Shown piece after piece: positions 7,687 through 14,896 of a DNA stretch of 16,289 nucleotides. Position 1 is the first letter of the stretch; each line of letters opens with the position of its first letter. Below the pieces are notes generated by a model. It searched no databases, was not told where the DNA came from, and saw nothing but the letters and a program-made list of their open reading frames with translations. Made by a program: the position numbers and the translations under genes. The DNA is from an uncultured Myxococcales bacterium (GTDB lineage: Bacteria > Myxococcota > UBA4151): assembly GCA_964013405.1 (NCBI GenBank), contig CAXGWI010000078.1, positions 1 to 16,289 on the forward strand. The letters are read 5' to 3'.

Positions 7687-8888
7687 GCAGGAACCTCGAC
7701 CTCATCCTCTATGGCGCCACCGGCTTCACCGGGCGCCAAGCGGCCGCGTATTTTGCCCAACACGGACCACCGGGTCTGCGCTGGGGTATTGCAGGCCGAC
7801 GGGAAGAAGCCCTTCGAGCCCTCGCTGCTGAATTGGGTGCCACCGAGTGGATCCTTGCAGATGCCCAGAACCCCGAAAGCATCGCCGCCATGGTGGCCCG
7901 AACAGGCCTCGTGGTCAGCACGGCCGGCCCCTTCGCCCACTACAGCGAACCCGTGGTCGCTGCCTGCGTTGAGCAGGGGGCGAACTACCTAGACATCACC
8001 GGCGAGACCCCCTGGGTTCGCAGCCTCATCGACCGATTTCATGAAGAAGCGAAGGCGAAGGGCCTCCGCATCATCCCACTCTGTGGATTCGACTCGGTGC
8101 CCAGCGACCTTGGCACGTGGTTGTGCGTCCAAGAGCTCCAGAGCCGATTCGGTGCCGGAACCGCTAAGGTCACGTCCTCCTTTCTCGTCAAAGGCGGCCT
8201 CAACGGCGGGACCGTGGCTTCAGCTCTGGCGCTGGCCGAATCCGGTGCGGGGCGCCAACTGCGCGATCCCATCCTCCTGAATCCCCCCAGCGCACGGGAG
8301 GATGACCTCCGGCGCCAATCCCGGGATGACCTCTCCGTCCGCTTCGATCCCGTCCGTCAGCGTTGGCTGCTCCCCTTCATCATGGCGGCCATCAACACCC
8401 GAGTCGTGCGCCGTTCCGCGGCCCTCTCCGCCGAGGCCGGCAGCCCTTATGGCGAGAACTTCCACTACCAGGAGTACGGTGAAAGCCGCGGGCGGATGGG
8501 CGCCTATATGCAGGCGGCCGGGATGGCGTTCTTCGACAAGACCCTAGGCAAGAGCTGGGGGCGATCCCTCATTCGTCGCCTGGCTCCGGCACCGGGAACA
8601 GGTCCTAGCGAAGCAGTCCGGGAAGGCGGCTTCATGCGGCAGCATTTCATCGCCACTGCCGAGACCGGCGACACCCTGTCGGTCCGCGTTCGCTGCAGCG
8701 GCGATCCAGGCAACCGCATCACGGTCCTTTGTCTTTGTGAGGCCGCTTTCACCCTGCTCGAAGGCCAGCATCTGCCCCCAACAGCGGGCCTGCTCACGCC
8801 GGCAACCGGCTTGGGGCGCCCCTATCTCGATCGCTTGACGCAGCGGGGCTTCGCCATCGAGGTTGAGACCGTCCCCCTCCCAGGCTAG
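7683..8888 (+). CDS. Saccharopine dehydrogenase-like NAD(P)-dependent oxidoreductase (SCCPDH / trans-acting enoyl reductase family)
   Basis: Rossmann motif LILYGATGFTG plus AGR, AGPF, YLDITGE, CGFDSVPSDLG, GGT, FIMAAINTRVVRRS, GDPG and TPA motifs. The GTG start overlaps the AGCS stop (GTGA). Confidence 0.93.
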   Translation: MSRNLDLILYGATGFTGRQAAAYFAQHGPPGLRWGIAGRREEALRALAAELGATEWILADAQNPESIAAMVARTGLVVSTAGPFAHYSEPVVAACVEQGANYLDITGETPWVRSLIDRFHEEAKAKGLRIIPLCGFDSVPSDLGTWLCVQELQSRFGAGTAKVTSSFLVKGGLNGGTVASALALAESGAGRQLRDPILLNPPSAREDDLRRQSRDDLSVRFDPVRQRWLLPFIMAAINTRVVRRSAALSAEAGSPYGENFHYQEYGESRGRMGAYMQAAGMAFFDKTLGKSWGRSLIRRLAPAPGTGPSEAVREGGFMRQHFIATAETGDTLSVRVRCSGDPGNRITVLCLCEAAFTLLEGQHLPPTAGLLTPATGLGRPYLDRLTQRGFAIEVETVPLPG

Positions 8889-8900
8889 CGAGACAACACC

Positions 8901-9878
8901 ATGGTCCCCATTCCCCCATCCAGAAGTTCCAGGCTCGATGCCCGCTTCCTCCTCCTGACCGCTTTAGTCCTCGCTGCCTCGGCTTGCTCTAATTGCGGGC
9001 CTGGACTGGAACAAGAAGCCCAACCCGACCAACTGGCGAAACAACTCGAAGACCTCGAATCCAGAGGCAAACTCCACACTTCAAACCGGGAACTCATCCA
9101 ATGGTATCGAGTCCGAGCCGGCGAGCACCGGGTCAAGGGCAAGTCTATCGAGACCCTCGTGATGCTCTCCCAAAAACAACTGCAAGCCGACGCTGCCAAC
9201 TGGTCAAAGGCAAAGGATGGGGCCCGCAAAGACCTTGAAAGGCTCCTGACGGTCTCGCCAGAAGAATTTCCGGGCCTGCCAGTGACCAGTGATCGGAGTT
9301 CCGCACAGGCCATGAGTCGCCTCATCCGCCCCGAGCAGATCGTGGCCATGCTCGATGAACAACTGCAAACCTTCGAGACCAAACCGAAAGACTATTATCG
9401 GATCGTTCCAGTCCTCCCTCGAACCGTCGACAAAGTGGCCTTGGCTGTGTGGGAGCCTCTCTACAAGCACGTTGCGAAGCGAGCGAGCCTGATTCCCGAG
9501 ACGCTTCGTCGGCGTCAAGAGCAGGAAAGCCTGCCGGGACTAGGCCGCTACCTCAGCCAAAATAAGGCCTTGGATGGGGCCGAGCGCAGCCGCTTGGAGC
9601 TCCACTTGAGCTTGGTGGCTGCCATGGCCTATCGAGAGCCCAGCGAGGGGGAGAAGAGCCAGTCTCCCTGGTCCATTGCCTACCGGGCCTGGAAGACCTG
9701 TGGCGCGGGCCGAACGACAGCCCAGTTGAAGGGCTTGACCCTGGCGACCCGAGCCTATCGAGACCGCCTCAGCGCCGCCCCCAGCGACCCCCGGCAAGGG
9801 CTCGCTTTGCTCCAAGCACGGGCGGCGATCGACCAAGTCACTCAGCGCTGCAGTCAAGGGACACCTAAATCTAAATAG
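8901..9878 (+). CDS. Hypothetical, probably all-alpha lipoprotein (325 aa)
   Basis: Long ORF 12 nt after the previous stop. RFLLLTALVLAASA-CSNC is a lipobox-like signal. No recognisable family motif. Confidence 0.75.
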   Translation: MVPIPPSRSSRLDARFLLLTALVLAASACSNCGPGLEQEAQPDQLAKQLEDLESRGKLHTSNRELIQWYRVRAGEHRVKGKSIETLVMLSQKQLQADAANWSKAKDGARKDLERLLTVSPEEFPGLPVTSDRSSAQAMSRLIRPEQIVAMLDEQLQTFETKPKDYYRIVPVLPRTVDKVALAVWEPLYKHVAKRASLIPETLRRRQEQESLPGLGRYLSQNKALDGAERSRLELHLSLVAAMAYREPSEGEKSQSPWSIAYRAWKTCGAGRTTAQLKGLTLATRAYRDRLSAAPSDPRQGLALLQARAAIDQVTQRCSQGTPKSK

Positions 9879-9912
9879 AGGTCTAGGTTTAAGTCTTTAA
9901 TTTGTTGTTTTT
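9863..9912 (+). terminator. Possible weak terminator or AT-rich spacer between convergent genes
   Basis: Imperfect hairpin ACCTAAATCT-AAATAG-AGGTCTAGGT (9863-9888) followed by a T-rich tract (TTTGTTGTTTTT). The stem is weak. Confidence 0.3.
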
Positions 9913-9920
9913 GATGAGTT

Positions 9921-11327
9921 TTAACCAGTCGGGGAAAGCGGCAATGCGGGCTCAACTCGATCGGCCAGCGCCAAGAGATCCGTCGCTCCAGAACGCCCCC
10001 GAAGCGTCTCTTCCCCGATGATTTGGAGCCGAGCGGATTCGGCCCCATCAAGGCCCGCGGCAAACTCGCCGCTGACGAGCAGTGACCGACCGTGCTCCTT
10101 GGTGAGATCGCAAAGGCGAGCGGCCGTGTTGACCGCGTCACCGATGACCGTGTGATCCATCCGAGTCGCACTGCCCACATTGCCGTGGATGACATCGCCG
10201 CGGTGCAGGCCAATGCCGACGCGAACCGGTGTATGGCCTTCCTCGACCCAGCGGCGATTGAAGTCTTCGAGCCGAAGCAACATCCCCTTGGAACAGGCGA
10301 GAGCCCGACTGGCATCCCGCCCCTCCGTAAAGCCAAAGACAGCCATCATGGCATCGCCGATGAACTTGTCCACGATGCCACCATGGTGAAACACCTCATC
10401 GTTCATGGTGGTAAAGAAGCGGTTGAGGAAGCGCACGGTTCCTTCGGGCCCGAGCTCTTGGCTCAGGGGTGTGAACCCGCGGATATCGATGAACAGGACG
10501 CTTGCAACCGCACGTTCGCCCCCGAGCTCGAAGCTATGCTCTCCATTGACGATCCCATCCACCACCGACTCCGGAAGATAGCGGGACATCGATCGTTGCT
10601 GGGTTCGAATCTCCAAAACCTGGTCTTCGATCCGCCGCATTGAAAAGGCAGCAAGGACACAGGTGGGCGCCACAGCAAGGGGCCCCCACCCAATGGTTGC
10701 TGCCTGCTGAGAGATGATGGGCAAAGCAGTGGACAACAAGGTTGCAACCAAGACACCCCCGGCGGGCAGAGCAGCCATCACCACCCGCTGCCTTCGGGCC
10801 GAACTGAGGGGCTGGCGCAGTTGACCTAAGACATAGAGCACCGAGATCAACACAAGGGCCATCAACTCGATGGAGTGGAGACTCATCAAGGTGATCATCA
10901 CCGGATGAAAGTGACCACCTTCCCCTTCAACCACCTGGCGAAATGCGACCATGATATCCGGTCGGCCTAAGGTGAGGAAACAGATGCTCATACCGGGAAT
11001 CCCGAAGAGGAGCAGGGCCATATGGCGCCTAGAAACGGGGTGTTCAGGTAACAACAGGGTCCGGGTGAAGATGAAGAGCAGCGGGCCTGCGAAGCCTGAA
11101 AGCAGCTGACTCATGCCCCATAGATGGGGCTGGCTATCCAGCAGGCCAGAGCGAATGAGCCCCACCCATAGGCTATACCAGCCTGCGACCATGCACAGGG
11201 CCAGATAGCTGTAACGGGTCCGCCGAGGCAGCGCGAGCCCCGACAGGCCGACGGGCGCGACCATGAAGCACAACAGGCCGGCGGAGATCCCCACGACCAG
11301 GCTCAGCATTTGGCTCAAAGTGTACAT
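9921..11327 (-). CDS. Membrane-bound class III adenylate/guanylate cyclase with N-terminal ~7TM domain (likely adenylate cyclase)
   Basis: Catalytic motifs LFIDIRGFT, VDKFIGDAMMAVFG, GIGLHRGDV and GNVGSATRMDHTVIGDAVNTAARL. Both metal-binding Asp, the Lys/Thr purine-selecting residues and the NxxxR pair are present. About 7 hydrophobic segments lie in residues 5-230. Confidence 0.93.
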   Translation of the reverse strand: MYTLSQMLSLVVGISAGLLCFMVAPVGLSGLALPRRTRYSYLALCMVAGWYSLWVGLIRSGLLDSQPHLWGMSQLLSGFAGPLLFIFTRTLLLPEHPVSRRHMALLLFGIPGMSICFLTLGRPDIMVAFRQVVEGEGGHFHPVMITLMSLHSIELMALVLISVLYVLGQLRQPLSSARRQRVVMAALPAGGVLVATLLSTALPIISQQAATIGWGPLAVAPTCVLAAFSMRRIEDQVLEIRTQQRSMSRYLPESVVDGIVNGEHSFELGGERAVASVLFIDIRGFTPLSQELGPEGTVRFLNRFFTTMNDEVFHHGGIVDKFIGDAMMAVFGFTEGRDASRALACSKGMLLRLEDFNRRWVEEGHTPVRVGIGLHRGDVIHGNVGSATRMDHTVIGDAVNTAARLCDLTKEHGRSLLVSGEFAAGLDGAESARLQIIGEETLRGRSGATDLLALADRVEPALPLSPTG

Positions 11328-11378
11328 GACAGCCCAGCCTAGGGCTGGCCCGACAGCAACTCAACTTTTGCGGAGCGC

Positions 11379-13208
11379 CTAGGCCTCCTCGAGGACGCCG
11401 GCCATCAACTCGGTGAGGTTCCGAGCCAGACGGTTAGGGTCTGGCAGCGGGCTATTCTCCACCAAGAGGGCCTGGTCGTAGAGCAGATGCACCCAGCGCT
11501 CGAGATCCTCGTCGCCTCGGACCTCCTTGCGGGCGAGGGATTGGATCACGGGATGATCGGGGTTCACTTCGAGAATCTGCTTGGTATCAAAGAAGGACTG
11601 CCCGGCCTTCTTCATCAGTCGCTCCACATGGGCGTGCATGGCACCTTCGGGCACCACGAGGCAGACAGGCGACTCGGTCAAACGCTTGCTGGCGACAACA
11701 CCGCCCACAGCATCCCCAAGAATCTCTTGCATCTTCGCCAGGAGTTCCTTCGCTGTTCCCGCGTCCTCCTCGCCTTCCTCCACGGGCTGCTCGCCGTGCA
11801 TGGCGCTCACGAGCTTCTTCTCATCATATTGCTCGAGGGCCCGCACCACCCACTCATCGATAGGCTCGACCATGAACAGGACTTCCCGCCCCTCGCTGTT
11901 GAGCTTTTCGAGATGGGGGCTGTCCTTCAAGGTTTGGAGATCCGTGCCGGATGCGTAGTAGATGGCCTCTTGGTCATCCCCCATCCGGGCGACGTAGTCG
12001 GCCAGGCTGGTGAGGTCCTCCCCTTGACTGCTTGGGTAACGGAGTAGGTCGGCAAGGGCCTCCCGATGACGAGCCTCCTCATGAACCGCTTCCTTGATCA
12101 CGGTGCCAAAGGACTGCCAGAATTTCAGGTAGTCCTCGGGGCGCTCCTCGGCCAGCTCCCCAAGCAAATCCAGGGTCTTCTTGACCACTTGGCGCTTGAT
12201 GCCACGCACGGCCTGCTGGTCCTGAAGGAGTTCCCGACTCACGTTCAGGGGCAGGTCGTTACTGTCGACAACCCCCCGCAAGAACCTGAGCCAGCGAGGT
12301 ACCAACACATCGCAGTCGTCCATGATGAAGACCTGCTGAACATGGAGTCGTAATCCGCCCCGAGTCTCTTGCCAAAAGAGATCGGGTGCCGGTTGGCCGG
12401 GCAGGTAGATCAAGCCGGTCATCTCCATACCACCCTCGATGCGGAAATGACTCCATGCGATGGCCTCTTCAGGGTCACCTGCGAGGTGCTGGTAAAAGCC
12501 CTGATATTCCTCATCGCTGATGTCGCTCTTGGCCCGTTGCCACAGCGCGCTGCCCTGATTGATCTGATCTTCGCCCAAGAGGATCGGATGGCTCACATAG
12601 TCGCTATAACGGGTGACGAGACTGCGCAGTTGCCAAGTCTGCAAAAAGCCTTTGTGCTCCTCTTGCAGGTGCAGAATCACGCTGGTCCCCCGACCGTGCT
12701 CGCCATCGAACGGTGCGACGGTGAACTTATCTTCGGCCCGGGACACCCAGCGATAGACCTCATCGCTACCGGCAGCCCGACTGATCACCTCGACCTCATC
12801 GGCCACGAGGAACCCAGCGTAGAAGCCCACCCCGAACTGACCGATGAGTTGAACCGGGTCGGCCCCTTCCTCGATCCCTGCTAGAAAGGCCTGTGTTCCG
12901 CTATGGGCGATGGTGCCCAGGTTCTCGATGAGCTCGTCACGGCCCATGCCGATGCCGCTGTCCGTGATCGTCAGCGTCCCGGCCTCTTCGTCGGCCGACA
13001 AACGGATCTCGAGGGGCCCCGCGCCTTGCAACAGTTCCGGCTGCTCGATGCCCTGGAAGTTCAGTTTGTCGAGGGCGTCTGATGCATTGGAGATCAACTC
13101 CCGCAAAAAGATCTCCCGATGGGAGTAGAGCGAGTTGATGACGAGTTTCAGCACCTGACTGACGTCGGCCCGAAACTGACGAGTGGTCTTCTTTGCGGCT
13201 GCGGCCAT
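11379..13208 (-). CDS. htpG: Molecular chaperone HtpG (Hsp90)
   Basis: SLYSHREIFLRELISNASDA, DSGIGM, NLGTIAHSGT, IGQFGVGFY, GVVDSNDLPLNVSRELLQ and LEVNPDHP motifs. RBS GAGAGGGA upstream of the ATG. Confidence 0.98.
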   Translation of the reverse strand: MAAAAKKTTRQFRADVSQVLKLVINSLYSHREIFLRELISNASDALDKLNFQGIEQPELLQGAGPLEIRLSADEEAGTLTITDSGIGMGRDELIENLGTIAHSGTQAFLAGIEEGADPVQLIGQFGVGFYAGFLVADEVEVISRAAGSDEVYRWVSRAEDKFTVAPFDGEHGRGTSVILHLQEEHKGFLQTWQLRSLVTRYSDYVSHPILLGEDQINQGSALWQRAKSDISDEEYQGFYQHLAGDPEEAIAWSHFRIEGGMEMTGLIYLPGQPAPDLFWQETRGGLRLHVQQVFIMDDCDVLVPRWLRFLRGVVDSNDLPLNVSRELLQDQQAVRGIKRQVVKKTLDLLGELAEERPEDYLKFWQSFGTVIKEAVHEEARHREALADLLRYPSSQGEDLTSLADYVARMGDDQEAIYYASGTDLQTLKDSPHLEKLNSEGREVLFMVEPIDEWVVRALEQYDEKKLVSAMHGEQPVEEGEEDAGTAKELLAKMQEILGDAVGGVVASKRLTESPVCLVVPEGAMHAHVERLMKKAGQSFFDTKQILEVNPDHPVIQSLARKEVRGDEDLERWVHLLYDQALLVENSPLPDPNRLARNLTELMAGVLEEA

Positions 13209-13279
13209 GGGTATTCCCTCTCGAATGGTGGTCCCGGCTAGCGAAGGCGGGAACGCATTACCAGCGATTTACGCAGCGC

Positions 13280-13307
13280 AATCTAAGCAGGATGTTCGGT
13301 GGCGCAA
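13280..13307 (-). promoter_or_regulatory. Candidate sigma70-type promoter for htpG
   Basis: On the minus strand, TTGCGC-N16-TAGATT lies ~70 nt upstream of the htpG ATG. Confidence 0.3.
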
Positions 13308-13323
13308 GGGGCGTGGGGCTGAG

Positions 13324-14124
13324 CTACTGGCACTGCTCCACACAGACCAAGTCTTGCGGGTCACACTGACCCGACTGGCAGGCTCCGTCGGCAGGGGTCA
13401 GACCAGCGGAACCAGGATATTCTCGACAATCCTCGCCCAGGGCCAACTGCGACCGACAGAATCTCTCGGCCCCCATCATATCGACCGCACAATACAAGCC
13501 AGCGTCACAATCATCGCTGGATTGGCACAGATCCCCGGACTGCAGCGCTGGCGCACAGACGTTCTCGATACACCGCATCGCCCCACGGCAGACGGTATCG
13601 GTCTCCGTCACGCCCCCTTGGCCATCGTCCTGTCCGCAGACCCCCCCCGCATCCAGTTGACCCTGCACAAAGCGGGCGCAAAATCCGGCCATAAACAACG
13701 ACTCCTGTTCGGCCCGCTCCGCTTCGGTCAAATCACAGTCAGCCTTCAGGGCGCCATCGGCATCGACATAAGTATTCAGCGTGGCCAAACAGCTCTGGGC
13801 CGCCCCTTGATCAAAGCAGGCTGAACCCTGCTGGATATGGGCCTGAGTGCTGAGACCCGCCGCCATAAACGTGGCTAAGCACAATGACTGACTGGCATCG
13901 GCATCGTCCTGCTGATCCGGATGAATGCCACAGTAGAGCGCGACCATCTCCCGCCAGTGATCCATGTATCCGATCCCAGCCGGCACGCCGGTATCACAGG
14001 TCACCGCACCGCCACCGCCACCGCCACCGCCGGGCATCCCGGACCCTTCCGTGCCGGTTTCAGGCCCCAAGCAGCCCACGAAGAGAACAGAGACGAAGAG
14101 GGCATGACGAGAACGAATGTGCAT
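13324..14124 (-). CDS. Cysteine-rich lipoprotein (~266 aa; C-terminal G-x2-C repeats, Dickkopf-N-like)
   Basis: ATG at 14124 with GGAG 6 nt upstream. MHIRSRHALFVSVLFVG-CLGP has a lipobox, followed by a Gly8 linker. C-terminal units are GGVC..C..C..C, GDLCQSSDDCDAGLYC..C and GEDC..CQSGQC..C. Confidence 0.8.
   Translation of the reverse strand: MHIRSRHALFVSVLFVGCLGPETGTEGSGMPGGGGGGGGAVTCDTGVPAGIGYMDHWREMVALYCGIHPDQQDDADASQSLCLATFMAAGLSTQAHIQQGSACFDQGAAQSCLATLNTYVDADGALKADCDLTEAERAEQESLFMAGFCARFVQGQLDAGGVCGQDDGQGGVTETDTVCRGAMRCIENVCAPALQSGDLCQSSDDCDAGLYCAVDMMGAERFCRSQLALGEDCREYPGSAGLTPADGACQSGQCDPQDLVCVEQCQ
14008..14031 (-). repeat. (GGCGGT)4 in-frame microsatellite encoding Gly8
   Basis: (ACCGCC)x4 on the + strand, just after the lipid anchor of the Cys-rich lipoprotein. 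Confidence 0.85.
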
Positions 14125-14233
14125 GTTTGGCTCCACCTTCTCGTGGCCCTTTCACGACCAAGCCAACGCCGTCAAGTCACCGGGAGCCGCCCCGTTCTTT
14201 GCGCATCGCAGCGCTTTGCCCGAGACTGGGCCA

Positions 14234-14896
14234 ATGAGTGATCCCCAACAGCAGGTCCCTGAAGTCGTTCACGAGGGCAAGCCGAGGCTGCGGGGCGTTT
14301 TTCATGCGGCGGCCGTCGTCCCCGCGCTGCTGGCTGCCCTTTTGATCGTGCAGCGCACGGAGCGGGCCGACCTCCAACTCCCCATCATCTTCTACGGTGC
14401 CACCATGGTGATGCTGTTCGCTGTCAGCGGATTCTACCATTGCCCCAATTGGCCTGAGCGAGCCCGGCTCCATCTCCGCCGCTTCGACCGCAGCATGATC
14501 TACCTCTTCCTCGCTGGGTCCTTTACCCCCTACTTCACCTTGATCGACAGTCCCTGGAGTCCCTGGGTTCTCACCATCGTCTGGAGCGGCTCCCTTTTGG
14601 GCGCGGCTAAATCCATCCTGTTCCCAAAGGCACCGAGAGCCTTAACGGCGGGCCTCTATGTCGTGCTCGGCCTGACAGCAGCCCCCTTCTTTCCTGAGAT
14701 GGTTCGTAGCCTAGGAACGACGACGACGGCCTTGATTCTCCTTGGCGGCGTCTCTCACCTGACCGGCGCAGTTTGCTACGCCCGCCGGGGCCCAAATCCC
14801 ATCCCCGGGGTCTTCGGCTACCACGAGATCTTTCACATCCTCGTGGTCCTGGGCATCGCGCTGCACCACATCGGTTTGTGGATTAACGTCAGCTAA
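14234..14896 (+). CDS. Hemolysin III / PAQR family membrane protein (TrhA-like)
   Basis: KPRLRG.FH, SGFYH, RRFDRSMIYLFLAGSFTP, GA..YA and FGYHEIFH motifs, with ~7 TM helices. ATG 14234 gives a family-typical 220 aa. Confidence 0.92.
   Translation: MSDPQQQVPEVVHEGKPRLRGVFHAAAVVPALLAALLIVQRTERADLQLPIIFYGATMVMLFAVSGFYHCPNWPERARLHLRRFDRSMIYLFLAGSFTPYFTLIDSPWSPWVLTIVWSGSLLGAAKSILFPKAPRALTAGLYVVLGLTAAPFFPEMVRSLGTTTTALILLGGVSHLTGAVCYARRGPNPIPGVFGYHEIFHILVVLGIALHHIGLWINVS

Noticed and set aside
9854..10336. 160-aa minus-strand ORF ending in DLNLDLYLDL
   Set aside because: It overlaps the cyclase in another frame, and its tail is just the translation of the hexamer patch.
14117..14233. 39-aa N-terminal extension of the PAQR ORF
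   Set aside because: It would overlap the start of the divergent lipoprotein gene, and family similarity begins after ATG 14234.
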